In this document: in pieces, positions 24,561 through 37,490 of the stretch | How the letters are laid out: each line of letters starts with the position of its first letter | How positions within the stretch are numbered: position 1 is the stretch's first letter | Assembly (NCBI GenBank): GCA_040954595.2 | Contig: CM082579.2 | Location: forward strand, 8,111,625 to 8,175,624 | Reading direction: 5' to 3' | Origin: Balanoglossus misakiensis | Taxonomy: Eukaryota; Animalia; Hemichordata | DNA length: 64,000 nucleotides | The notes under the pieces: generated by a model | What the model was told of the DNA's origin: nothing | Databases searched by the model: none | What the model saw: only the letters and a program-made list of their open reading frames with translations | Translations under genes and position numbers: made by a program

Positions 24561-25966
24561 TTAAGGGTGTTCAGCATGGCATTTTAATGGCGGATTGCTT
24601 AGTCCAGCTGGTCAAGAAGCATTTGATCTAATTTTATTTAGGTACAGGCCATATATCGAGAAATAGTGCAATGAAATTTTTTTTTCAAATGCGTCATGTA
24701 TTTCTGTTATTCCTACTGGCAGGATGATGGCTGGGCTCTGATGAACAACAATTCAGTGTGATTCCACAAGCAGAAGATAATTCACAATAAACGTCAAAAG
24801 ATGGCGACTTCCACATATTTATAAAATGTCTAAAAAAATTGTTTCTCGTGTTGTAACTGTTGTGTAGCCTAGATCTAACCACCGAGTACCCGGATTGATT
24901 ATAAAATTTGATTTTTTTTTTCGTGTGGAGTTTCTGCACGGCTGATTTTTCTATGTGCAGATTCTGTGGCTGTATTTACAAGTCTTTCTTCACGGCAAGG
25001 AACGGTCTTTCACAAGTCTCTGCCACACTCCTGATGTTTGTCGTTCCGAAGTAGGCCGATATCTGTACTTTTTTGAATGATATATACATCTCCATAGAAA
25101 CTAATCTTCAGACAATCATTGTAAAACGCGAGGCTGGGAATAAATGAGCTTACTTCCAAAAAAAACTGGTAGAGTACCAATAACTGTAGCTATACAAGAG
25201 ACAGAGGAAGTGTGGCATATTATTTTATAAAATAAAATTAATTAATTAAAATTAAATTATCAAGTCGATGGCCAGTATCAGTTTGCAATAGCGAAGATCT
25301 TAATTATTAAAATACATATTTGTACAATCAAAGTAATCCACATATCTATATATACTTATCAGGAGCAGGTTTCAATTCTGTATAAATTGTGAAAATTCCT
25401 CTGTCTATATAAAAAAATAACTTTAAATATTGTATTAACAAAGCAATCAGAAAAGGTGTAGGTTGATCCAATTTTTGATATCAAACCATGAAGATACTAC
25501 TGTGAACAAAGAAATCAATATGTACAGGTTGCCAACTCAACTCATGTTTTGTGACTTAGAAAGAAAGATTTTTACAAACAAAAACTTACAATAATTTTAT
25601 TAACAATGATGTATTATTAAAACAGATGGATTGCAATTTTGCATTACAACAATCATAAGTCAATAAACACCTTATTGAATAACTATGTTTATGTCGATGT
25701 TTTTTTCTTTTAACTTTTAAAACTCTTTGAACCCGGTTCGGAAGAAAACTTCTGAATGATATCATAGGTCAGCATGGGGGTCAGGGTTCAAAGTGCATTT
25801 CCTGTGGTAGCCTTATTGCATTTTAGTGCCCCCAAGACAAAAGATATGTTGGGAGGCATCTTCCTGACAATGTCCTATGGGGACCTGGTGCACTGTGGTA
25901 TGCTTTGGGTGATCTACTGTGGTCTTCTGCTGGTGTTCCTTTGACACAGGGCAGTCCTGTGATGTA

Positions 25967-28900
25967 CTACATGTACCAGTCGTCAGAATCATGATCTGAC
26001 GTGCCTTCAACACTGCAAATAACAGAACGTTGTTATTTCACTTTCACCTGATCTTTCCAATCAAGTCTCTCTTTTTCGAGTTAATTGTAGTTCTGGAAGA
26101 AACAATGGATGGCAGTAATGAGAAGACGAATAAACTCATTCTATCAAAAACTTCTTACCCCTGAATATCCTCTCCAATGGAAATAGAATGATCTGCAGTC
26201 TCAGTTTTTTCCTGTTCCTGGAAACAAATTGAACAAAGTTATTAGTAATTTTAGTAATATGCCCAATTACAGGATGAGGTACCCCACCCACCGCTCCTGG
26301 GTAAGGGAGAAGCAACGAGAAGTAAAGTGCCTTGCTCACGGGCACAACACGGCGGCCATGAAATCACCATCCTCAGACAGAGAATCCCGGTCCGGGTCAT
26401 GAACCCACAACCCTCCGATTGTGAGTCTGGTACCCTCACCACTAGGCAGCCACACACGCACACCCACCGACACCCCCCCCCCCCCACACACACACATGAA
26501 ATACCCTGCTTTTGAAAAAACCCAACCTTTTCTTGCTGTTTCTTGTCCTGCACCATCTGCATGTACTTCTTCACCATCGGATCGATGCCCGCATCGCTGT
26601 CTTCCTTGTTGTCGTCGCCGTCCTTCTTGCCTCCGCCATCTTCATCACCTTTCGGATTTTCCTCGGCTGCTGCATCTTTTTTGTCTTCCTCCTCCTCCTC
26701 CTCCTGCCCCGTCTGTTGCCTCCTCTGTGTGTGAAACCAACCAAGTCAAACGTGACCCTCAAACAGTACACATACACATGACCCCCGCTGCTGTGACCAT
26801 ACAATGTACTCAGAACCCCTTGACCGTGACATACATGCAGTTCCTCAACCGTGACGCACCGGAACATATATCAGAATTTTTTTCTTTGTGCGGGCGGACA
26901 CGCACGGACTGATGATCATGAAGCTAGGGTAGTACCCTGATTCACATCACATCACAAGCCAAGGTGAGCATGACTAATAGCAGATACTATCCAAATGTCA
27001 GTTGCCTTTCCAGTTTGAAAACTACGCTGTGACAAAATATCAAAATCTTGTGGTGTAAGTGATCTTTTTCTTGAGGTGTTTAAAAACTGGTGCCAATAAA
27101 ATGGCAGAGTTGCATCCTTCTCACATTTCTCTCAACCTCACCAAACATCAATGTCGTTTTGAAGCAGACTAAAAGTCAAACACACACCTCACGCTTTTCA
27201 AGTTCTTCCAACTCTCTCTGCTCCCTTTCCCAAGTTTCCTGTTCCAGCCGTTTTCTCTCCTCCTCTTTCCTCTGCCTCTCCTCCTCCCAGCGTCTCTCTT
27301 CTTCCAGTTCAGCTTCCCTTTCCCTTTCAATATCTGGACATGAAAAACACACAAACAAAAAATCTGATATGAATTCAAACTGGGATGCCTTGGAAAAGGG
27401 TTCACCAACACTCTGTCATGAAATCATCTCGTTTACATATTATTTTAACCATATATAGACATATGCAAAGTAGAAGCATATCTTATAACCATATATAGGC
27501 ATACATGTATATGTAAATCAGAAACAATTCCTAATAACCATGTATGGGCATGTGTGAATTACAGACTATTCATCACCTTCTTGTGACTTGCCAGTTTTCC
27601 ATGCAGCATCCAGTGACACTGCCTGTTGTGTCTCCTGCTTCCATGCTGCGTCCAGCGACACCGGTTGACTGTCGGTGCTATCCTTAGACTTTCCCTCTTC
27701 CCCAGCGTCTGCAGTCTCGCGGGGATCTTCATGGTCCTCATCATCGCTATAATGGATATCTTCATCTACCTCCTCCTCCTCATCATCATCGTGATGTAAA
27801 GATGAAGATTTCCACGTGCCGCCTAGCAACAGGGGATCTTCTTTCTTCTTCTTCGGCGACTGAATGTCGCGTAACTTCGGAGCCGGTCTCCTCGGGGATT
27901 TCATCGACACGCTGGGTTTGATTTGCATGATATTTCTCCTGACGCTCGGGGGAGACTGCGACGATTTTTCTGACAGGGAGTTGCCTGAAACACAAAGAGA
28001 AGGCGACCCACTTTGTAATGTTGTGTTGACACTACTGTCTAGCTGTGATCACAGTGCCGTGTTATCTTACATTTCTGAACTATAATTTGAGCATTTGGCA
28101 CAGTCATTCTTTGAGACATTCAGCATAATGTAGAGTTGAGGGGTGCAAAGGTTCACAGGAATGAAAACTCATCTTTGCTTCATATGGGTCACGAGTTATG
28201 TGGGCTAAATGGGATGTTTTCAAAAGACCTGTTCCTCCTGTAAAATATGTCAGGGCATGAGTAAACAGATGCATTGCTTTCTGGATGGCTGACCGAGAAC
28301 AAATGAGCAATGTTTGAATTTATGAGGATGACTCAGAGAAGACAAGCTGACTAAACTTGACTGATTTTTATTACTATTTTACTGGTTCTTCAACAGTATA
28401 ACTGCCAACTATAATAACCAGCACATCTTCACAGTCTACATTTTTATGGCACAAATATTGATATTAATATAAAATATGACAGAAAGATTTGACGGTTGTT
28501 GACAGCATGGTTGTTGAATTTATAATACAGTGAAACATATCTATTGAGGACACCTTCGGGAACAGAAAAATGGTCCTTAATAAAGTGGTAACATTCTATT
28601 CAAATTGCCATTTTTGCCACACCAAAAATCTGTTCTTTATAGAGAGGTGTCCCGATAAGAGAGATGCCTCTGTCAGGACAGGTTTCAATGTAGTACGGAC
28701 ATTTTGGATTTTACAGCAGCCACACTGTCCACTTGTATGAAGGAATTTTTATACAGCTGCTGATTTACAACAGACAAGCCCTCTAATTGAACGCGCCGCC
28801 AAATAATGTTGATTTGTGTTGCTAGCTATAAAATTCAAAATGGAGTGGAATTTGCCGTGTGGTACTAAGGTGACTCAGGTAGCCCACGGAGTCACATTTA

Positions 28901-31900
28901 CATCAATTAACACAAAAAATTGGTATTTCAGGTCATGGCCTTTCACATACAGCTAAATATAGGTCATACCAGATAATTTATAGCAATTTGCAAATCACAA
29001 CACAACGAGATGATAAAAAACAGGCACTACAACAGTTACCATGGAAATAAATTTTAATTTGGGTGGCTACACGAAAAAATAGCCTGCTAACACACGTGTA
29101 GACATGGCCTTATTACCATATATGGTCAAATCAAATTAAGAGGTGATCGTATTCCTTTAAGCACTGATTCTAGACTTTCAAAATCACACATATTAATGTT
29201 TCTCCCATGAATCTTGGGCAAACTTTAAGAAAAAGCACATGAAGAAATCTGTGTGGTTGTAAAAAAACAATGGCATACATATTCTTGATATTTTTTTGAG
29301 AATTTGTGAAGATTTTGTGTTATACACTGACATTACCTGAATCGTTATCAGCCTCACTTCTCTGCCAACTTTCTCTTTCTACGGGTGAGGAGCTCTCCAC
29401 TTTCTCGGCGGGGGACGAAGCACTGCTCTGTTTCTGTGGAGGCGAGCTCCTGCTGAGTTTTCCGGTGGGCGATAATTTGCTGGGCCTGTCAGTGGGCGAG
29501 ACCAAGCCGTAATTTTTATCAGCGCTGGACGATCTGCTGTACCTGTCGATCGATGAGGATGAAGCTGCTGGGGTTTCTCTTAAGATGGCCCTGACAGCGC
29601 CTGTGAACAAGACAATGAGGAGTCTTACACGTGCTGGATGTGACTATGGAAAAAGGGTTAAAGGTCTACATTGAGTTCTAGGCCACAGATACTATGGAAT
29701 CGGGTCACAAGAATTCAGTTTGATGCCATGTCTGGAAACGATTACAATCCAGTCTTTGTAACTTACTTTGGTCGTGACTAACCGGTCTCCTTGACGACGC
29801 ATCTGTGATGTGCTCCCAGGATGTTCGTTTCAGTGATGGCGTCTTTGACTTCGGCGAGCTGTAGATGTTCGTTGCTCTGTGACGATAGCTGCGGTAATTT
29901 TCGTCCAAGTTCTGAAAAATTCAATGGAAAATGAACGTCGATTCTAATTCAATGTTGACCATCTTTGTTTTATGGCATAAATACTGCATTTCACATATCA
30001 TTCAGAGGCAAAAATTACAACTTACATCAGCTTCCTTTTCCAGACTGCTGAACCTACTCTTAGTCTCCGACAGGAACTTGTCCAATGCCAGGTCGGGAGA
30101 CGCACTCCGCGCTCTCTCCGGCTCATAGCTGCTTGACAGTACACTGCTCCTGATTGGCTGGAAGGGCGGGACTTCAAGCTCGGAGTCGTCCATCTCTGCT
30201 GTGACCTCGCTGACCCTTGACAGAGGTCGGGTCGTGTACATGGGTAGGCTGGCATGGATGAAACGGGACGTGTCAGCATTTTATCAGTAACGGAGGAATC
30301 TTTTCAGATAATGGTACAGTTCAACATTATGTCGGTGTCTACTTGAGATTTAATACTAGGCGACATAAACAACAAGAAAGGAAAATAAAACTGAAGTCTA
30401 CCTCTCTGGAAGTGATGTCTTGGGATTTCTGTAGACCTCGTTGCTGAGAGCCTTCTGCGTCTCTCGGAGAGTTGACCTGAGGTCATTCAGCTCTTCGGTC
30501 ATCAACCCCATTTGTCTTGTCTGTTCCTGATACTGTCTTTGGTGTTCCTTGTTCTTGTCAATCTGTCAATAACCGAAAGAACCCATTCAGACTGGTGTTT
30601 GCATGAGAAAACACTGTCAAGTGACATTACCTGATTCTGGTGAGACCTTTCTGAACATCCATGTCAATCAATCAAAACAGTTGAACAAAACAAATCATGC
30701 TCTCATTATCTGCATGATTTCAGTCTTGCGCGGCAACAGACTACTGCCCTTCTTTCAGCACAAATACTCATATCAACTGGAAGCGTATAAAATCATTCTG
30801 CCTAGCAACATATCCTACACGTATACCGCTATCTACAGAGCATGTAGAGGAAGCATCGCCAGGCAAAAGTCAACACTTGCCTCTTGTTGCAGCTTAGCTC
30901 TCATTGTCGCCTCTTTCTGAAGCACCAGCGTCTCTTCGTCTTTCAGTTTGTCTCTGGCTCGGTTCAACTCCACCTGCAGCGTCACCAACTCTGGTGTCGG
31001 TTTCGTCAGTCTCTCCCTCACTTCTCTCAACTCTTCTTCATACTCTGCAAGACGAAACCAACAAGATCCAATAATGTAAAGGTCATGTCGGTGTCGTGAG
31101 AGTTGCCTACTATGTGAATTGTGTCTTTGTGAAGAAGTGTGTAATTGTAGCACTTAGGGGTACTTACTTGTCCGCGTAATTTTCAACTCATTTTGAGAAT
31201 CTGTGAGAGTTCTGCAAGTAATCAATCAGAACGTTACGTTTAGTGCCAGTAATGGACAAAGGCTTCCACATGAGAGACAAGACTGGGTGAGTGAGCTATG
31301 CACAGACTGTGTTGCAAAGTTCTGTAATATTGCTATCGAAATTCAAGATGGTTGCCAAACTATGTACATTGTATTCAACACACTGGAGATGTATTTCTTA
31401 GCTCATTTTTGCTGACAACAAGATGTAAACAGTTATTTCAAAACCGTTTTGTAAAAGCCAAGTTAAAACATATTGAAAAGCATGAAAAATGGAAAAAAAT
31501 CCATTACTCATATGTATCGCTTGACTAGATGTCTGGTCTCTTTAATCAAACACCCAAAAGACAAATGTCTTACGATTTAGTGTTTTTCAGTTCTCTTCTC
31601 AAAACAGCGACCTCTTCTCTGACTTCTCTGTAGTCCACCATCTCTTGCAATTTCTCACTCATGATCTCATTCTGCTTGGTCATTGAAAACGTGTCCTTTT
31701 TGAGCTTGTCAAGTTCCTCCTGTCATGGGGGCAAAAAAATCGGTTTGTAAACATTCTCTGATATGAATGCTGGAGATGTATGTTATAATAAGTGTATATT
31801 TAGTATTTGGGCAAGTTATTTTATTGGCATCACGTTGCCACGTGTCTGCCAACAGGTCTGTAGTGTGAACAACCACACAAACTGAATGTTGCATGCAACC

Positions 31901-34900
31901 TTCCAAATCAAAGCAGTACACCCACACACCATTGCGAGGATCACTTTTCTAAAGCCTCAGAACTAACTCCTAAATCAAATCAGCAACCCGGCACATGAGA
32001 ATGGCTGATCCATCAATCTTGTACAACAAACAGTCAACAGTCAACCGACCTCTGATCCGTCAGCCGACTCACAACACAACCCCCCCCCCCCCCCACCCGC
32101 CAGGTGACACTATCCAAACCGAACTCCCAAGTACGCACCTCCAGGTCTTTAGCTTTGTTCGTCTTCTGTTCCAACTCGGCCCTGATCTGCATGATTCGTT
32201 TCCTCTCGTCTGTCAGAAGCCTGGTCTCCTCTGCAATAGACAAAAAAGACGTGAGAATTTGCAATAATGCTTTGCCCTGTGAAACATTGAAAACCATGGT
32301 GATAGAGTCACCATACTGTATGCTTTTCATTTGTCCCACAAACATTGATTATAAATTGGCATTAATAATCTTTTGATTATAACCACCGACCTTTATTCCT
32401 CGCTTCTCTTATTTCCAATGCTTGCATCCGTGTTGTGTATTTTGACTTTTGGTCAATGTCATACCTGCAGATATAGAGTACATGTATATATACAGTGTGT
32501 GTCAATCAAGGTCACAGGATCAAGTTGGTGCCATGAATGGCCTCAGCTAATACATGAGTTGTTCCACACCATATTTCGAAAAATGAAAGGGTACAATGTA
32601 TGGAGCGCCCTCAAACTGGGTGTGTGACAACTGAGGATCTTTCTTTACAGTATCTAACACATGAGGATCATACGACATAACCTGCAATGAAAATATTACT
32701 CCTTCATGATACAGACACCATTTTAGCAAGAAAAATAGCAGTCTGAAAATTCCAAGATGACAGTGCAGATGACTTGGCAAATAAATCTTACGACTTCATC
32801 TGCTCGGTCAATTTGTGCTCATAACTTTCTTCTATCCTCGCGATGGCCGCTTCACGTTTCCTCAGATTTTCCTCGATAGCTCTTCGCTTGTCTTCTTCAA
32901 TCTTGGTAGCCCTATAACAGAGAGGAGAGTTTCAATTTCCCCCCAAAGAATATGTGCAGTAGTTTACATCACAGACACATGAAAATCTGTGTTTCTATGG
33001 GCCATGCCATACTTGTCAATGGGGGTATAAACACATGGTGAAATGTGACAGAGTTTGCATGTGTTTTATCCCCCCCCCCTAAGCCCACTCTATTTATACA
33101 GTGGGCTCAACCACATCATGAATACAATGGAGATGGATCGCTGTATATTCTCATTGCCACAAGGCTGACTTTGGTTGTAACTCCCCCCCACCCCAACTTA
33201 CTTGGCATTTAGGTCTGCCTCCCTCCTGACTTCAGATTCCCTGACCCTCAGAGCATCCAATTCTTCCAGAAGTTTTTGTCTTTGAATGAACGTCTCCTTG
33301 TCCACAATCTGTTGGAGGGGGAGGGGGGGGAGTGGTTTTATTGATAAAAAAAGCGGACAAATATGGATATGGTTTGTTTTGAAGTGGAGAACAACGGTAC
33401 TGATCCGATCAGAAAACTACTATAGCATCAGAAAACACAGTAAGTGTTTACCTCTTTTTCCTTCTGTATTCTGTCTAATGTGTTTCTTTCCCTCTCCGTC
33501 AATGCATCCAACTTGGTTTGATAAGTTCTTTCGAGCTGACAAACAGAAAAATCAATTTCAGTGTTATTATGGATGCAACAACTTTGTGACCAATAATTAT
33601 GTATTTCACATCTTGGATGCTAGGTGAGCACACATGATGTGATTAACAAAACAATTTCAACTCACCTCTTTCCTGGACACTGACAGTTCCTTTCTCATCT
33701 TTTCTCTCTCTTGTAGTTTCACCTTTTCCAGCTCATTTTCTTTGAATTTTGAAATCTGAAAATAAGTTTTATGTTTATCATTACTTATCTACAGCCCGCA
33801 CAATTTGCCCATTTTTGTCTATTTTCTCTTTACCTTATGGAAACCTCTTTCCTCCAGTTTGTTGAAAATCTCAAACACATTTATACTTCTAATATTTCTA
33901 TTCCCCCTGGGAATGGCCTAATGAATTCAATGTGTACAGTTCCTACCTCAGACTCCAGACTGGCTTTTGATTTGGCCTCCATTTTTCTCTGATAATCCAG
34001 CAATTTTTCCTCCAGCGACTGGTCAAACTCTCGATCTTCCGCCTTACTGAGGTAGGTTTTCTCGACTGACTCCAGCTTATCATCTGAAATGAAAACATTT
34101 TTTTTTCATCAAGTATAATCGTGTGGAATTCTTAACAGGAGTTCATTCTTGCATAGGCAGTAGTAATGTGTATGATTCTAGCTACCATAACCAACCAACC
34201 AACCAACCAATCAAATCAATCATAACAGATGTCCATAAAGCATACCTAATGAAATTAGGTGACCAGGGAGATCAGCCGTCTGCACTGATTGGTCCTCACT
34301 TCCGCCCCGGTAACAAGACGCCAAATCTGTCAGCAACTGCCACAGGAAACTTTCAGTGGAATAAGATTTCATCTTGCTGGTCTAAAAAAATAGAAAAGAC
34401 GTTTGCGTTACACATGATATAGCAGCAATTTCGTTTTGTTTTTGGGTGGGGGAAGCTGTTGCTATGCAACAGTTATTGGAGAAGTTAGAGCTGACAAATT
34501 CAGAGAAGTATTTTTTGCCCATAGAAAAAAAACTTTGGTAAAAAAATGCTGTTCCATAGCCTATGCTTGTTCAAAGAGTCTTGAATTTAATAATAATATC
34601 ATGTCCACTTACCATACTCTTATACAGATTGGAAGACGGATTAATTTTGAGAAGCTGTAATAAGTCTCTAACTGTAAACAACTGCAAGAAATACAGGAAA
34701 GAGACAGCATGATCAGCATAGAAGGAAGAAATACATACACTGATGTAATTTAAATGGAAACTTTCAAATTCTCCTTTTGACAGATACAAGTATTATATCT
34801 TCTTGAATTCTGGATCAAAATGGTAATGTTCAATTCCACCCCCCCCCCCCTACAGCCATACAGTATTTCTATACACTGTTACACACCTTATCTTGTGCTG

Positions 34901-35433
34901 TGCCACTCTCAGGCAGAAAGACTGACAAAGAGTAATCGTAGTTGCATCTTCTGAAGTGATCGGCGATGAGGCTATTGGAAGCCCTCATCATCAGGGATTC
35001 CTTGTGGAGCCCTGCCCGCACCGCTTCCGGTACACCGTACGTCATCTTGCCGAGCGACAGCTCTGTGATAAGCTTGTTTCTGAGTTGAGACTAAATAATG
35101 TATGGAGGTTAAATAGTAGGTGGTGAGATAAATGTATAGAGAAGTTAATAGCTATTTCTGTAAACAATAGCATGGACTTTTCTCGTACACTATATGTATA
35201 CTACCCTCACGGCTAGTCAATATGTGTATAATTATGAAATGCCACATGTGTTTGAAACTTAAAATGAAAAACAATTATCTGCATGTGGGATGTCAAATAA
35301 CAATATTAAAAGACAAAGTGACATCTTTTTTTACCTTGAGTGAGTCCAATGTTCCATGTTGACGGAAAGAATGAAACAATTTACTTTTCAATTCATCTGA
35401 TGAGAGTTCTTCTTGTTCCTCTGACAGAGGCAT
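25967..35433 (-). CDS. OFD1: OFD1 centriole/centriolar satellite protein (LisH plus coiled coils), multi-exon
   Basis: Exons 35335-35433 MPLSEEQEELSSDELKSKLFHSFRQHGTLDSLK; 34887-35090 SQLRNKLITEL...ASNSLIADHFRRCNYDYSLSVFLPESG (LisH); 34613-34681 LFTVRDLLQLLKINPSSNLYKSM; many coiled-coil exons; C-terminus DPMVKKYMQMVQ...DHDSDDWYM* (TAG 25967-25969). A non-coding first exon ends at 36082 (donor gtaagt). Confidence 0.92.
26275..26455 (-). mobile_element. tRNA-derived SINE with CORE-like domain in an OFD1 intron
   Basis: Minus strand reads GGCTGCCTAGTGGTGAGGG (A box)...GGGTTCATGACCC (degenerate B box)...GTGCCCGTGAGCAAGGCACTTTAC...CCCAGG...GGGTACC, resembling the CORE-SINE central domain. Boundaries are approximate. 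Confidence 0.75.
28528..28690. mobile_element. 163-bp Tc1/mariner-superfamily (pogo/Tigger-like) MITE
   Basis: TA|CAGTGAAAC ... GTTTCAATG|TA; TA target duplication; subterminal GGACACCT / AGGTGTCC inverted motifs. Confidence 0.75.
30563..30880 (-). other. GC-AG intron in OFD1
   Basis: ...CAA CAA GAG|GCAAGT donor and TTGACAG|ATT GAC AAG acceptor give the in-frame join QQE|IDKNKEH. The nearest GT would shift the frame. Confidence 0.75.
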
Positions 35434-36081
35434 TTTTATATAATAATCTGAAACACAAAATACAGTGTATAGATTATTTCACTTTAGTAACAAAAATGAT
35501 TGCAAGAAAAGTAATGACATGTACATGTAACAGTATACAAGTAGAGTATTTTACTATGACTGAACTTTCAGTTGTCCTCAGCTCAGGTCAAACCTACCCA
35601 AATTCCTGTTGTCACTTTAGGAAATGCCAGTTGGAAATTATTTAATGCGTACGCCCTGTCTTATGAGATCACTGCACGTTGGAGTAAAATTGTAAAGATG
35701 CATTCAGTCACATCATGCACATGCAGCCAGGTATTTTTGTCTCTGTGCCAAGTTATTGAAACAGGTAATGACATGCACGTAAACAAAGCGCCAGTTTGCT
35801 CTGAACACGGGATATGCACCGTCTAGCATCTCATGGACATCGATTTGTCAACGAGCATGGTTGGAATAAATCATGGAGTGATCATTCCAGACAAGGGACT
35901 TTCGCACAATAATTAAAACACAGTCACATCCTCACTAATCACTTGTATATCCTATGGGCTTTCTTATCCTTCGTCTGTACGTGCTGTACTTCCGCATTCG
36001 GGTCGGCCAGGTGATCGCAGTGGCGATCGACGACCCCGCTGGCACTGCTACTCAAAACAAAAACTTCTTGGATAAACTTAC

Positions 36082-37265
36082 CTACAGGCTGCAGACTTTA
36101 GGTACAATAGTTCGCGATCTGGACTTCTCCTTCGTGTACCGTCCGCCGAGAAAGTCTGTGCAGCATTACCGCCGCGCAAAGTTCAAAGGGTAGATCGTTA
36201 CGGTTTCTGACGTGTGACGTCATATATAGAGGCGGAGTTGATATGTAAATTTCACTGGTCAAGCTTTGACAATACGAGCACAGAAACAAAAGTATTTTAA
36301 TAACTATCGTTGATGGCAACCTTTTCGGGGAGTCGGATCATTTTTCGTCGATAAAATGTATCCTTGATTTTTTTTCTAACGTATAGGTCTACGTATGTGT
36401 TTTTCCTCCGAAACAGAAAGTTTACTGGTGGCAGTTTATGCGATAACGTCCACTGTTAAAACATAGTACATGTAAACCAACCAAATGAACATGTAAGATT
36501 TCAATGTATCGACGTCCGTTTCATGGTTCTCACATCACAGGCCCTCAGAAACATCTTTGCAATTTGCGACCACGTTGTACACCACCTGGGTAAAACACGC
36601 AACTCGAACATTTCCGTTGTTGAATGTCTAAAAAGTGTTCTTTTTAGAATGACGCTCAGTCTACACACGCGCACGCACAATCCTCACTGTACATTATCCA
36701 TGTTATCATATGGGTTGAGATAGCAGAAATACGAGAACACACAAACATGGAAAAGAAATTATATTTACAGATGTAAAAAATCAGAATGCTCCTTTTTTAT
36801 TCCATCCACAAGTGACATTTAATTTTTCTCGTGTGTATTTTTATGTGAAACGGAAATCGTCAAGTTGTGTAGGTCTTTCCAAGCAAGAGATCCTGGTTAA
36901 GATGTCTTCCCCTGCGTGCGAAAATATGTTCGGGATCCTTACTATTTTAATCAATATTTATATACCCTAATACATTTGTAATATTAATTACCGTTTCAAT
37001 CGTTATTTTTTTCTGAAGTATGCAAAGTTCTTACGGCAAAACTTCACTTGTTTCTTGTCTTATATAGCGCCCTCTGTCGGATTTGATACCTGGATTTCTC
37101 GACCAATCATAATTCGCGTTACTCTAATCCCCTTTTGTCATTGGACGACATCCGTTACTGATTAGAGTGGGCTTTTCAAAATAGCACCTCTCCGATTGAA
37201 TTTTAAATAACTAGTTTTCGCAGTTTTACGGGCAAATTATTACAATCGAGACAAAAATTAGCAAG
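36082..37265. promoter_or_regulatory. OFD1/KIF4 divergent promoter interval
   Basis: OFD1 side: CRE TGACGTCA 36215-36222 and RFX-like GTTGATGGCAAC 36309-36320. KIF4 side: CTCF-like TAGCGCCCTCTGTCGG 37065-37080, CCAAT 37104, ATTGG 37140, CHR-like TTCAAA 37175-37180, first-exon donor AAG|GTAAGT after 37265. Confidence 0.6.
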
Positions 37266-37490
37266 GTAAGTTAGCTTTCGTTATGTATGACATGTTCAAG
37301 CGCAACAGCGTTCTCGTGAGAACGGCTGTGCACTCGCAGATTTTTGATAAATGGGAGAAGCTCGGCTTCGATTGTGTTCGCCGGAAATGGGGTAAGTTTT
37401 GCAAAACATGCAAGAAGGAAATCGCAAATACAACGATGTTCATGCGGGACATATACATGTTCGTTGTTATTTCAGAGTCGTGGAGACGGC

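Noticed and set aside
26390-26455. tRNA-like sequence
   Set aside because: Degenerate B box, no proper cloverleaf, and it continues into a CORE-like domain: a SINE head, not a tRNA gene.
26810-26980. Possible Helentron/DINE-like remnant (CGGAC repeats followed by AGGTGAGC)
   Set aside because: Too degenerate; no clear subterminal inverted repeat or hairpin.
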